A stretch of DNA of 64,000 nucleotides from Marsupella aquatica (GCA_973895155.1 OZ316891.1:15531037-15595036), one strand, 5' to 3'. Counted from the stretch's first letter, positions 14,117 through 28,129 are shown. Numbers and translations: made by a program. Notes: generated from the sequence alone by a model not told the origin.

Positions 14117-15539
14117 TTGACAATGTAATATGGAGTCATGTTATGTGTGATCTTGGTCATAAAATTATTATGATTGTGTTCAATAAACTATGCCTTGCAC
14201 ATAGAAATTGAAGACTCACCATAACAATCACAACATCCTAAAATCCAAGTACAGCCAAATGACAGAAGAATATATAATTTTTTTGAAGTTTTAAATATTT
14301 GAATTTAGGAACATTTGTTATATTTTATTTATATTCAAAAACAATTCAAAGATTTTTATTTTATTTTCTAAGACACTGCACTACTGCCAAAATACACGTA
14401 GTACGGAGTTTCCACACAACTTATACCCTGCAGTTTGTTTTTTGTTTTCGCAGGCGAGTTTCCACACAACTTATACCCTGCAGTTTGTTTTTGCAGGCGG
14501 ACAATAGATGTAGTGGTCCTGACTTCTGTTACGATGGAGCGATTTTTCTCCTCTTCTCCATCCAACGAAAAATAAAGGTGTCGTCTACGAAGAAGAGACT
14601 CTTCACGAGTATCTTCTCAATCCCGCATCCCTCGAAAGAAAATGAATTTTCCCAACCCTGAACAAGCCATAAGAGCGATTGCTTACTTGAAAGAAGTGAG
14701 CTCGATGTTCAAACTCGAGCACACGTAGTCACAGTTCACAAGAGCGTGCATAAAGTGAGACGAACAGATTCTTATGGCAGTTCTGGCGGCAGGTCAGTAG
14801 TGTTTTTTGTTCGATTTGCTAATCGACAGCTCTGACAGGATTCAGTTCTGTATTGGCACTCGATTCTCCTTTCAAATAATCATTCGTTGGACAAATCGAT
14901 AGTTCATTCACAAATTACCCAGAAACCTGTTCATTGATAGTATTCAGCAATGTCCTGTCGTTATGTAAGAGCATAGTGCCTTGCAAAACTCTAAATAAAT
15001 TATTAATTCTAAATGTTCATGGGATCTGTTATGATCAACAATTAAACAACGCAAGTAAATGTTGGGTTTGATGGGGCTAGAAGGAGCCTCTAGTGATGCA
15101 CTCGCAATATTAATCCCTTATAGTCTCTGTACTTTGATGACAGCATCCAGCGGAAAGCTAGATTGACGTTTCAGATTAAGGATTGTCTTACTCATCAATA
15201 TGCCCTCTCCAAGCTACCCCCTATTATTGTCAGCTCACGCAGATCCTTCAAATTGAGAAAAAAAAATGGCCTGCCATATCTAATGTAGCTGCATATATTA
15301 AATCCCTTCAAACCCTTCGCATTGGTTTCCCTGGTCCTTGCATGCTCATAAGCACCAAAGTGACCTGGAAGTTATGACCCTGCTTCATTTCTGTCATCGC
15401 CCAAGTGGGAACATCTCGGCATTTGTATTTGTGTTCTGTGCATATCCGTCTGGCATAGAACACTTGTGCAGGTCTTAAGTTGAAGTCACGGAATTCTGTA
15501 ACAACGTGCAGCATGATGCTGGCGAATTTGAGCCCTTGC

Positions 15540-18497
15540 TCAAGTGAAGACCACCAGTGTTCGTACTTGATCTAAAACGGCACTTACACAGTCTGTTCAA
15601 ACATGAGAGCTTCAATTAGTTTGTGACTATCATTCGTCTCTGACTCTCTTAAACCATCAGAAACGCAAACAAGTCAAGTATTGGTAAGATAAGCTTGGAA
15701 GAAGTGTACCAACTGTGTTTCTCAAAAAATATATGTCTAGGGTACTGGCAAGATACACGAACATCCTTCTTCAAAACATGAGGGCCTTCCAGCTAGAAAC
15801 TTTCAAATTAGAGGTGAATGGAAAGTACCAACCTGAAAGCTCCTCCCAAGAAATTTGATCAGGTACATTCATTTCAGATTCAACAGCCAGCTTTGCAGCT
15901 GCCAACCCATATGCCACGGCCCGAGGCGCAACCAGCTTCCTTGATAGAGCTGCCAAAGTGCCGGCTACCAAACAATCTCCGGCACCAGTGAGCTTCACAA
16001 CAGAAGCAGGCAATGCACGATAATGATGATACAAAATTTGACCCAAAGGTTCTCTTGAGCAAAGAACTGCTCCTTGACTACCAAGAGTAAGGACGATGTA
16101 TTTCACACCTGCCCGCAACACCTCTCTGATCGGGCCCTGCAATTCCTGACCTAGAATATCACTAACACTTCTCACGCTACCTTCCTGCAGTCCTACTTGC
16201 TCAGCAACAGATCCAGCCTTTTTCTTCTTCGGGTGAAGAGCCTCAGCCATTGCTACAATTTCTGCCTCATTAGGTGACACGAATGTAATCTGCATCACAC
16301 AAGAAAAGTTGTTAGCTCCTCGAACAATTCTCGACAACCTCCCTTCGACAGACCTGTGAGTACCGCTCTTGTGTGAACCCATCGAAACAATAAAGAAAAG
16401 AAGTTGTACTAGCTTCACGAGACATGCTGTGGAAAAACTTACAGACTTGAGCAGACCAGTTGCTCTTGTGGCTTTCGCTATGGAAACTGGTTCAAACCAA
16501 ATTGGGACACCCGCATCACTAGCCACTGTAGATTCATAATATATCATCACAAGTGAGAAACGCAGGTTCTGTTGAAACCAAACAGTCGTACATGCAAGGA
16601 AACCTTGCAAACTGTTACACCCAACTTTCCGGGTTCAAGTCCTATCACATGTTTGTTTACACTTTGAAAGGTCAGCATTGTACAGTGACAGGAAGTGACT
16701 TACATTTGCATGCCGCCTTTAGGGCAAGAGGGTGTAAGTTGGCATCAAGCAAAACAACCGGAGCAGCTTGTATTTGGGTTGTAAACCTTTCAATCCAATC
16801 AGGTGTCAAGTAGACCTCCTGTTCAATTTAATCGTCAAGCGGGTGGAAAGCAATGCTTACAGTGAAGCACCCGAAAAAGACATCATATGCTGCGCATTCT
16901 GTAAGTCCAGAGACAATTCTGTAGTACTTCAGCCAGTCCTCTTGGCAACTATCCGAGTGTTCGCAACTGCATCCAGGCTTCATGACCAGCCAATGTGATA
17001 GAAGCACGAAAACAACAGCTAGATTGACAAGGCTTTCGACCAACACACCACTGCTTGTGTGTCTGCTACACCAGCTGCCAATTCACCCCTTGCATCAAAT
17101 ACCGCTGAAACAACCGGTGTTGATATCCCGACACATTTTCGTATACCTGGAGACCACCTTCACCCAACCAGAGCAATCAGATAAACTAATACCCACAACA
17201 GACCGAAACCACACACCATGCCACCAACAACCACCCCCGCCCCACCCCCCGGCCCCCGGCCCCCAGCCACCCTCCCCGCCAGGAAGCCTCCTCCCACCTC
17301 TAAAGAAGGCAAGACAAAGTTGTTGATCGAATGATAGCTTTGAATATATAAACACGAAAAGACTCACCGTCTAATGAGAGACCAAGAGATCGCCAGTGAG
17401 CGAGCAAAGAATCTCCTGTACGTTGTCCATAGAATTAGTCGTCCTCCTCTGTCAGCCAAAAGTCAATTCAAGATTCCCAAGCTGAGCAAAATGTGCAACC
17501 TGAACAACACTAGTGTCCCAAAATTCACATGGTATAACCACCAACCTGCCATATCATCTCCGACAACACTTATCAAGAAAGGGTGTTGTCCTAATTTAGC
17601 AAGGCATTCTGCTATATTCCTTCCTACTCCCCCCCTAATATAACGCACCTGCAGGCCCAAGTGAAACGTCAAAAACCAATAAGAACAAGCTGGGACATTC
17701 CTTGTCAAATTCTATTCTACACTATATAATACGGTATTTGAGTAGGAATTATTTCTCATCAGCCAGTTTCTGCAAAAGCAAGAGGCTGGCAAAATCATCC
17801 AAGGGAGACCTAAAGAAGAGCAGAGAATGGGTGGAATTTCAATTACAAATCAGACCACCAAAGCAGAGCTGAACATCCACACAAGAAGCAAAGAAATGCG
17901 GGGGGAACAGAACCGGGCACCTCGCCAGGACTTGTGGTACCAGGTCGAATTTCGCTAGAAATAGGACAGGCTTGTATGTCAAGAACCATTCCCCCAATCA
18001 CTACTGGCTCTCCGTTTTCTTTTGCCGCTAAACGTTGCCCCACCTGCAAGATTTGGGGCAGCTTTGGTTGATTACATTAACAAGAATGATGGCCTAAGCA
18101 TGACTTGAGGAGTCATTCTATGCTTGGTTAAAAAAATGAAACAATGCATCCTGAAGTGCATAGATCCCAGGCCCCAAAGAGCTTTGCAACACGACCCTGG
18201 TCGTCACAAACAAGCAAATCCTCTACAGACACTGGGAGCTCGGTGAAGATGGAAAGAGCCTCTGGCTACACTGAGCCTCTAAAATGGAACCCTTGGTCAA
18301 GCATGGAAACTTGCCGATGACATTCAAACAAGCGAAAGAATTCTATTTACCAGAGACGACGAACAGGCTGCCCATTTCTCCCGTGGTGGTGCTTTGAAAT
18401 GATGCGCCAAGACATCCAAACGGCGATTTTGAGACGCGTTCAGCGACCTAACAACTGTGTCCGTCTCCAGGCATGGCTGACTCGTCGAATTCATCAT
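15540..18497 (-). CDS. PUKI: Pseudouridine kinase, PfkB/ribokinase family, ~9 exons
   Basis: Exons ~18497-18351, 18043-17921, 17648-17546, ~17415-17368, ~17146-17049, ~16818-16704, ~16525-16443, ~16289-15833 and a probable last exon 15571-15540. Motifs EPVVIGGMVLD, GGVGRNIAE, VWFEPVS-like IWFEPVS, SPNEAE and the PfkB anion hole GAGD are present. The last exon is less certain. Confidence 0.9.
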
Positions 18498-19417
18498 TCT
18501 GAGATCCAGCCGCCCTGTCTAACAGCAGAAAAGCGCCAGCCTGCGACAGAGACCCCAACATACGGTGAGATTCTGTGTGCGATTTTCGTCCTGCCTTGAC
18601 TTTAAGAGAGACGGATTACAGTACATTACTGCTGGCGTCCTCAAGGCAGGTTTACCTTAAGGCTATCGATGACGGATGGAGTACAGATCGGGGGCCAATT
18701 TCAGTTAGACCATCAGTGCAGAAAATTTCCTCCTCCGTGACTCAAAACGACAACTAATCGGAAATTAAATCAATCAAATCGTGGATATCAATCACAAATT
18801 GTCAACCAGTGATGACACTACGCATTTGTCTGGTCTGGTCTGGTCTGGTCTGGTCTGCCGCAATTTGAGAATTGATGCGGGTTCTAAGAAATTGTCTACC
18901 ATTCAACTAGCATTCACTCAAAACTGTCGTTCCACACTAGCCGTCCAATATGTATATCAAAATAGCATAGACTTGAAAGCCATTCCACGCGAAGCAGAGA
19001 ATTAAATGCGCGTCCATGAATTAAGTATCTACAGACCTGAGGAGCATGGATGGTCTGCTGCACCTTAAATTCGTACTCTCGAAAGAATGTTCAAGATGGT
19101 TCTTTATGCGCTGAAAGATTGCAGAGTTCCAGAGCTGGTAGAAGGCTTACTTGCTACTGTGTAGCTGTGGAGGATTGGATCTTCCGACCTGAATGGAAAT
19201 GTACCATTTTGAGGACAAGCACCTTTGGATTCCAATTTGTCCAGAAGCCAACCGACAGAATCTGCATGGGGAACAACAGGAGCTTCTCCTCAAAATGGTT
19301 CACTTTTATTCTCAGACATCTACAAAGGCGGCCGACCTCGCCCAAGTCTAGTAAGTGCCACAGGTATCTCAGAACACCACGCTACTCACCTACGAATTAC
19401 TCTCCATCGCTAATTTT

Positions 19418-19440
19418 GAGAGAGAGAGAGAGAGAGAGAG
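19418..19440. repeat. (GA)n microsatellite
   Basis: Perfect GA run seen directly. Confidence 0.95.
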
Positions 19441-20428
19441 CAGGCAAAAGAAAAGCCACAAAACTGGGAAGTTGGTAGCAGTACCTCCTGCAAACTGTGC
19501 AGTGGCACAGTCACGATTCGCGCAGAGCGATGCTTGCTGGAAGGGGGAAATCACACTCCGAATGTCGAACACTTGGAAATTCGCACGTCGTGCCCCTCGT
19601 CCGACTGAGAGATGCTCAGGACGACAGTAGATACGAGACTCCACAAGAAAAGAAAAAAAACTAACAAATCGCACGAAAATAATAAGCATTTGTAGTTTGC
19701 ATCATGTCACGATCATTTGCACTTGTGTTAAGGAGGGTTTGACTTATTTTGTTGCAACAAAGCTACCTCAGATTTTAATCTAAGATGGTATTGGTGAGAA
19801 ATCTTATTTTCACATATAGCTGCTCTTGTTACAATAAGCGCTTCAAGTACTGCCATTACAGAGGTCTCAAAAATTTCAAATACAGTACTAGATGCCCACC
19901 TTTGTTTCATTTCATGCATGTTTTCAGTTCACTTTTAGGTGCACGGAGTCTCCTAACATAATTAAAATGTAGGTAAACAGCTAATGAGAACATTTATTAC
20001 CTAGATTTTCTCATCATTAGGTGTAAGATGCTCAGTTTATGTATCACAGCCCATGGGGATAGGGATGTTGGGAGACAACCTCTAAGTCCATCTGGGCTTT
20101 GGTTTCCATAGTTGCTAGTTACTAGTTAATTTTTTGTACTACACACTAGGACTAATCAACTTGTCAATATCAAGTGCTCACTATAGGTGCATGTTACATC
20201 CAACATACATTTGCATTGCTTGGTCTCACAAAGTAAATAAGAGCATTGTTAGAAGCATTCTCAATGCACTGACACTGTAAAGGCTTTATCCTTGGTCAAG
20301 GTTTGTAGAAAATTGAGGCTTCACAATAGGTAGCTAGTTGATCGGACTATCATGATGTCATCCTCAATAGTGACCTAGCCACCCAACGCCAATCACCAAA
20401 CTTAGTACCTTTGCCTAAGTACCCTTGG

Positions 20429-20791
20429 TGTCCAAACGCCTACACAAAACTTGACTACATTCACACGACATGCCCATAACCATCCAACAATCAAGTAGTC
20501 AACACATGGACACGTGGTTCACCTCCACATGAGGCTACGTCCACGGGAACACACAAGAGCTTTAGTGCACTCTAGGTTGTCCGGCCATACCAAGCATCCA
20601 CAACACAAGCTCTCCCTATCTCTCCACTTACTAGCTCCGTAACAATGAGCCTGAGTTTCCAGTATCTAAGCAAACACCGTTTGGGTATAGTGTGTGCTCA
20701 GCATGACTAACCTAACTTAGTCTGCAACTAAGGTTAACCCTAATTGCGGTACAATCGTAACTCTAGACCTATATAAGAGTTAATCCTAACA
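20429..20791 (-). mobile_element. Copia LTR relic (solo or truncated 3' LTR)
   Basis: Minus strand tgttagg...ggaca. The 3' part closely matches the Copia LTR (aggctcattgttacggagctag...gtggacgtagcctcatgtggaggtgaaccacgt). No matching TSD was found. Confidence 0.82.
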
Positions 20792-22297
20792 ACTCCAAAA
20801 GGAATCACCTCTATGCCCTTAGTTGTCACTGCCAATGGGAACTGCAATACAAAGTCATGTTTGCTCCTCAGTACTACCGTCGCTCAATGGCCTTTATTGT
20901 CTACACAAGCAACCAACTTAACTGATAAGTAACCTATGTGAATCTTGGAACCTCGATCAAGACCATTGTCTTGCCTCAAACTCAACAGTTGTTAGTAAGT
21001 AGGTCAACAGATAGAGTTTCACATGCCCTCCTAGCCTTGCCATAAGCTGAAGCTATGATCGGCATCCATTGTTTGTCCAGAATAACCCCTCTATTAGGTG
21101 TCGCTCAGCTTCCAAGATATCAATCACTGGCTGAGCACCCTGCCTCTAGGACATGCCCATAGCCCAAATAGCTAGTTTGTCCTAAAGCTTGTCCCAAGCC
21201 TCAGGACCAGCTCCGCCCCGACTCCAATAGTTGTCTCTAGGGCTTTGACTCAACTGGGATCGTAAGGGCATAATGCACTTGGACCTCAACACCTAGGCCT
21301 ACTTAGCTTTGCCTCCCCAACGCACACTCTCGTGGGAACTGGAGATGGTTTAGCTGTTGTTTCGGCATGATAGCCCTTCCAAACCGTGAGGAACAAAGGC
21401 ATCCCTAGACCAACTATGATCAAGAAGATGTAGTCCTCCTTGAGAGCTTTCCAACGCACCCAATAAATCTTCCAATGGATTTTTCATTGAGAATATATCA
21501 TCATTTTCATTCGGTGTTTCCCCTCAGTAGCACGACCGCCTTGCTTCATAACTCAGGCTTGCCCCTCATATCTGCTTCTAGATATTTGCCACCCAGTACC
21601 AATGCAACTTTGGTCCCATATTTTTTGCCTCATTTGGACTCCAACCAAGCCAACTAGACACACAGCTAACTTGCTAGGTCCATAACTTTTAGTTAGATGC
21701 CAGTAAGTGAAATGCCATAGTTAGCCCGTTGTAATCGGGGTGACACGGTGCTCGTTCTCAGGGCCTTAGGGCTTGTCGCCCATCACGGATCCTGAGCGAC
21801 TCTACCCAAGCGACGCCCGTACTCAAGCGCAAAGCGTCCGTTCCGCATGAACTAAACTCCTATACACCTGGGCCCAAGAGGAGCTCTCACTCAAGCCCTC
21901 AGAATTCAGAGTCTATCAGGGGGTCCATATGGTCCACTTCAAGCCCAGCCCATCCCATGGCCGGACCCACTCCCACCGTCAGTCGGTCCTTTGTGCTCGA
22001 GCTCAGCGTTTTGCCTTTGCTAGAGCAACATTTCCTTGCTCTCAAGTCTCCTCATGCTTAGTCCCCTTCCTGGTCATCCTGGGCCTGGACCATAAAGAGT
22101 TTGGCGTCGAAGTGGTAGGGTAGTCGAGTTCGGCGACTTTATCATGGTCAATAGCTATAGGCCTGTGAACAAAGCTCACCTCTCAACTACCATTAACAAA
22201 TCCATGGAAGATGTTGGAGGATTAAAGAACTAATGTCCCTTCATTGTGATCAAGAAGTCAAACAATCTAGAATTTTCCTAAATAAAATGATTTTACC

Positions 22298-22565
22298 CAA
22301 ACCAGTATATAATCCAAACCACATAATTGATTCAAATGGATAAGAGAGAGCTCAAATGTGTCTGATTTTGAACCTCACAAACCAGTATATCATCCAAAAC
22401 ACATAATTGATTCAATCAGAGCTCAAATGTGTCTTATTTTGAACCTCAAAAATTGGCCATTATAGCCCGCATCAACCTCACAAACCAGTATATCATCCAA
22501 AACACATAATTGATTCAATCAGAGCTCAAATGTCTTATTTTGAACCTCACAAAATTGGCCATTAG
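22298..22565. repeat. Tandem repeat, ~3 copies of a ~70-100 bp unit
   Basis: caaaccagtatatcatccaaaacacataattgattcaatcagagctcaaatgtgtcttattttgaacctca recurs at ~22298, ~22378 and ~22481. Confidence 0.85.
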
Positions 22566-24620
22566 CGGCATCAAAGAGACTCGCTAATTAAAACCAGACT
22601 GGTTTCAATCTGGCCACCTTATCATGATGTTTACCTACAAAACAAACCATCAGAACTGTGACCTATGTTCATTGTTAACCAACCACGGCAAGTTGCCTTC
22701 CATTTAAGCATGATGAACAAGGGGACCTTAATTTGTTGAATCTTCAATTTGACTAAAAAGTAGAGTCTCGTCAACCAACTAATGATAAAATGAATAAAAC
22801 TCATTTGTTTGACCGACTCAGTGCAAGTACAATGCATGGTGCACCTCACCATACACCATGCGCAGCACAAATTGATTGACCTGCCCATTGCAAGTACATT
22901 GCACACGAGTTGGGGATGTTGACCAGGTGCAGTCTGCCACCAACCCACCAGTTAGCCATTCACCTCACCCCTCATGCATTTACGGAGTTTGTGGTTGGGA
23001 ATAGCACTATTAATATGAATGCTCTTACCAGCTGATGGACATGGTTGTGGTCAAATGGGAATGGAAATTTTGTAAGGTGGAGGGAAGCAGCCAGGGGAGT
23101 TCTTTACCCTCAACTCCCTGCAGGGTCCTAGATACACAAGTGAGCTCATTTATAGAAAAACAGTAGATAACAGGACCAAAGTTCTTCTACCCCAGCTAAA
23201 CAGAATTCTCATAGCTGCTTTCTGGTGATTGAGCTCCCCTACAAGGTATCCTGATAAGGTCCCCTTCAAGAGTCAATGCGGAATGCGCTCCTACTGGTGT
23301 CTATCAAATCAGTTCGCTCATGAAATATGTTTGATCTGTCGTATCTAATTGTGACATTGAGTGCGCCAGCTCAACTTAACTTTCATCCGATTCCAATGCT
23401 GGAATTGGACATCACAACGACGGCTCACAACTCCACACTCAACCAAGCTTGTCCTAGCATTGCATTGATGGGTGACATTTGTCCAGGGCATATGTGTCTG
23501 GTGCCACGATCGACAAGCAGCTACAGCGTTAGCACTTTTTCACACACTATACTGTACGGAAAAGCACCGGACTGCAGAATGCAAACGCTGACATATGGTA
23601 TTAGGAATTAAAAATTAAACTAAAAATTCAATTTCCGTGTGCACTGATTCCGATATCAAGGACACCGAAGTTATGCTATGTCGAGCCTACATATTTGGAC
23701 GGAACTTGCTTCTCACTGATTGAGTCCGTTACGGACATTCATTGGGACACAACGTGTACTAGTTAGGAAAACATCTACTTCCCAATTAGCCTGATTGTGA
23801 AGCAAACACTAATGACTAAAACTCCGCGTCCTTAATTTGCACATAAATGATACCAATGGGCCTAGGTATAAGTTTGTCGTAACAATATTGCAACAGCCAT
23901 GAACGATTACACTCAGATCCCGGAAACTAGTGAAAAAACGTTTTCGACTATATGCCTGTACGAGGAACATAACACACTGCTCAGAATGTGACTGCGCTCC
24001 ACGTCTCACAATCTCCTTGTCATTGAACTACACTCCATGGAAAAAGTCTAGATCTACCCTACCTTCATTCCTCAAGAAGTGCATCAGCTACCTATGAAAA
24101 CCCAACTAAGCCTCTTCTAGATAATTTTGTAAGGCTCCCTCTGAAAAGTAACCCTAGTCTTATTGGTGAAATAATTGATTTCCGATCTTGTTTGATAATG
24201 CAAAGGTGACAATGCCCTTTAAGAGCCTCATCTAAAAATTAGAACCCTAAAGGGCTTGAATTGCGCCAAACACTACAGGAAAATTCGCCTGACAAGTAGC
24301 AGGCCTCTTTGACAACCCTCTCTGTGCTCCAACAGCGTTTTCCCCTGACGATAGGGCGTTGTCTGCAGACAAGATCAACAACAATGTGACATGACACAAA
24401 ATTTAAATTTTAAAAATCAACGAAGTTACTACGTTATGAGGCTATGGAATAAAATCTCGAGTGAATGCGGCATCTCAATGACCTGTTGTCTAAACAGAAG
24501 GATGGGTTGGCAATATTGAGAGAATTGACCTCTCGATCAAATTCAAGTTAACTTACTCAATCCTTGAGATCATAAAACTGTAAATAACAGAAACTGATAC
24601 CTGGTTCAAACTTGACCAAT

Positions 24621-26737
24621 CTAGTTCCCATTGACTTCTGGAGCGACCTCGCGCTCTTCAGCAGCAGCAGCCATCAATTCATCAAAATTTTCCGACTTTG
24701 CCAGCACAATCTCGACCTGCACATCATGATCAAAATCATCACTGCTTCGAGAACATGGTGCTTGGAAGAAATGGTGTACAATCGTGGGTCCAGAAGAACG
24801 CCAAGCAACTGAATCGATTCACAGCTTCGAGGGAAAAAATCTAACTGTAGTCTTTGAGAGGCTGCCAGAATTCTTTGACCAACCACGTTAAGACAAATAC
24901 CTTGGCCTTCTGAATGGGTCTGCCTCTGGCCTCGTCTCTCATGTCGATAGTCGAAGTTAAGATCCCTATACCACAGATTTCAAGCATCAGTTAAAGATGA
25001 TGGATGCTCCTGCCAACTCAACATTTGGCCCTGATGGCACAAATAGATCCAACTAGCTGATGAAATCATACCCACATCTGCCCCCACAATAGACCTTAAA
25101 TTAGCAGTGTTCTCAGACAATCCCACAAGTTTCGTTACATTTTTGGCGAGGCATCTAGTTTCGGGTATTGATCTCCAAAATCTACTCCAGCCAGGGCAAA
25201 GTTGGCCACAGGAGAGTAGACCGCACTCGCGACCTTGACAGTGGCAAATGCAAAAATTCACACGACAAAGGGCCGAGGACACAGGGGTTTAAGCCGCTTA
25301 CTTCTTTCGACGGCAAGCCCGTTGTTCTTCAAGATTTCAGCAACAGTCACCACAGTGGCAATGGCTGCAATCATAAGAATCCTCCCATGTCAATGGATAA
25401 AGAAAGGGCATTAGTGAGATATTATGCACTGCAGGACTGAAATTTCCACCTTGGCAACAAGACATCGTATCCTTTCAAAGAATCCTTCATTTTAAACAAT
25501 TCACTTCCAGTTTCCGCTCCCTTATATTTAATGAACTCGTAACTCGAGTTCTCACGATAGTGCGCGCGATCCCAGTTCACAATAAGATCATTGAATAGCA
25601 GCAAAGATGAGTCAAGTCTCATGAAAACTCACCCATGCCCAAGGCTGATAGCTCTACTTCATCGTGTTGCTGCATATATCTCTGCAAAGGAGAATAAATG
25701 AAGAATCAGCATGGAAGAAAATAGTAAAGGACATACTGAAGCACAAGTATTTCAAAGTTTAGCTCGAACACGTGGACCGAGCACAATATCAGACGTTTTT
25801 ATAGATTTGGAGAAAGGTTCCTTAAGTAGCATGTTCAAACTTAGAACGGGCCGGAGGGGAGGAAATATGACCCGATAGAGCGTCAATGCGTTCGACAGCA
25901 AGTTCGGGCCAAAGGAGGGAAAGATCGGAGGGGTCGCCAAGAACATCATAGCTTCTTGGCCCACTACAAGTGCTGTACCGGAGTTACGCGATTCCGAGCA
26001 AAACCTCGCAATAGTGAAATATACTCATTCTTTCACGGCGCCTAAAGTGGATCTGCTTTGATAAACTCGAAAGATAAAAGGAGAGCCCTACTTCTACAGA
26101 AGTCCTTCTTTATGTTCAACTCCAAAGATTAAGTAAGGATCTTCGAGCGAGACTTCAAAAACTAAGTATCCCCATCCGAATTGGCTGCTGTGGTGGACCA
26201 CCCGCAAAGAGTCTGGGAATTCTGTAAGACCCTGGCACATGCTTTGCAATATCCAATTGCATCTAACCGTAGGATAAACATAATCCGACTAGAAAGAAAG
26301 GCCCCGTAGAATTCGAGTAAATATCTGGCAAACATTTAGCAAAGCTGAGATCATTTATGAAAGTCAGTCCATTCAATAGGCTACGAAATCTTGCCCGGTA
26401 CCCCACAAGAGAGCGATCCAGAGTGATACGTACGACAGCTCCTGTCCACAATCTAATCCGCGACCGCCCAACTGTTAATATGCCCAAATCTCTCTATACT
26501 AAGACGACATTCCGTAACCAGAAAAATAGGACATGAAAACCAGAATCCTTTGAATGCATCTTGCTCCTCAAAAACCATTCGAAGACGCACCTTCGCTAGA
26601 TTGACATAAAAGAAGAGCGGTTTCTTGGTGTTCGAGACTTGGATGCGATTCTTTTCGTGCGATCCGAAACCTAGTTCCAATTTGTTGGAGTCTAACTGTC
26701 CCTCGGCGCCCTCAACGGCGACCACCTCCTCCGCCAT
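24621..26737 (-). CDS. ALBA: Alba DNA/RNA-binding protein (plant ALBA1/2, Rpp20-like group), 5 coding exons
   Basis: Exons 26737-26591, 25681-25633, ~25364-25302, ~24965-24901 and ~24716-24621 give KNRIQVSNTKKPLFFYVNLAK-RYMQQHDEVELSALGM-AIATVVTVAEILKNNGLA-...KAK-VEIVLAKSENFDELM, the conserved plant Alba sequence. Confidence 0.95.
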
Positions 26738-27129
26738 CTTATTCAAGTCTCAGAGAATTGACCCACTTCCTTCGGAAATCAAAACGCAGAAACCCTAGAC
26801 AGAAGAAAGGCTCGATCCCGAACGACTGGGCACCGCACGGCACGAGGGGATTCTGTATCTCTCGTTGCTCGACGTTGCTCGACGTTGCTCAAATGCTAGG
26901 GATGGAACTACACGGCCACGGTGTACATTCCTGATTCGAACGCTCTCTTGCAATCTATCAATCAGGCCAAACACACATTGGCAATCACATACAAAGCACC
27001 AAAACCAAAGCCACCAAAACCAGGAGACGGGTCCCAAAGGAGTAAAGAATGGAGAGACTCGTCGAGCAAGCACCTTAACTTAAACCCTCCTATATATTGT
27101 GGACCTTGTTGTGCATTTGCATTGAACCT

Positions 27130-27528
27130 TAGAAGCCTGAATGTCCATTCTTTGAATTTTAACGAAGATGAATGCCCATTCTTTGAACTACCCAGATTAC
27201 CCAGATTACCCCTACATAGAGATAAATTATCCCTAAATAGAGATGAAGACAAAACAAATTTGCAAAAAAACAAATTCTATGTTATTCTTGTTCATGGTGC
27301 CCATCCCTCACTTTCAATTTTGTCTTTATTTAGAGAGACTATCAATTTTGTCCTTGATTGGAGTCAATGTCAGTTTTGTTCATCTTTGCCCCCATCAGTG
27401 TTTTTTGTTCACCCTCACTCTGAGTTTGTCCTTGATTGGAGTCACGGTCTAGAGGCTTCCGTCTAGAAGCCTAGACCCCAACTAACCTCAACTCTAGGTT
27501 GTCATTGTGATTGGCTATATATAGTAGA
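27130..27528 (-). mobile_element. Non-autonomous Helitron fragment in the Alba promoter
   Basis: The minus strand starts A^TCTACTATATA, a typical Helitron 5' end. It shares tctagaggcttc and cattctttgaa blocks with 53098-53370 and 63268-63575. The left boundary is uncertain. Confidence 0.55.
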
Positions 27529-28129
27529 TTATTACCACTGGCCTGAAGGACTGAGATCTGTTCATAAATAAATCTCTAAATGGCCTGGATACCAGAGTTT
27601 TGCTCGTAAATAATGGTGAGTGGTGTTCTCTTACGGCTTCACCCCAGTTGTAATAGTGCATGTTTTTTATGTCACCTAAAGTGATAGCTTTGTCTCTAGA
27701 GCCACAATCTAGAGGCTTGAGCAACCATTGGCCCTTCAGTGTAACTTTTGATTGCGCATTGTTAGATAGATAACCCCTTGGCAGCCAGAGTTTCACTGAG
27801 TTGTTTAAAAAGCACAAATGGCCCATGATTAAGATGGCAGGAAAAGAGTACAATCTCTGAAAGGGAAGTGGAGACCAACCAAGGTAGAGAGGTTAGTTGT
27901 TTGAAAACTCTTTCTTGTTGGTGTTGATCAAGGGCTCTTCCAGAGCATAGTTTTCTCAATATTCACTTTTCGGGCTTATTAGTCATAGCCTCGGAGTGTT
28001 AACTCAGTGTTTATTTTGGGATACCACGTGCGATCCTAGCCTAAGTAATATAAGTCCTATTTCATAGAGAAACTCATCTAGGAAATAACTTTCTATATTT
28101 TCACTATTAATTACCTGCTTTAGCTTATA

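Noticed and set aside
20800-22250. Possible decayed retroelement coding sequence next to the LTR relic
   Set aside because: No domain motif could be recognised in the part I translated, so it is left unannotated.
26921-27466. 181-aa plus-strand ORF
   Set aside because: GTG start, and it spans the Alba leader and a repeat fragment with no domain.
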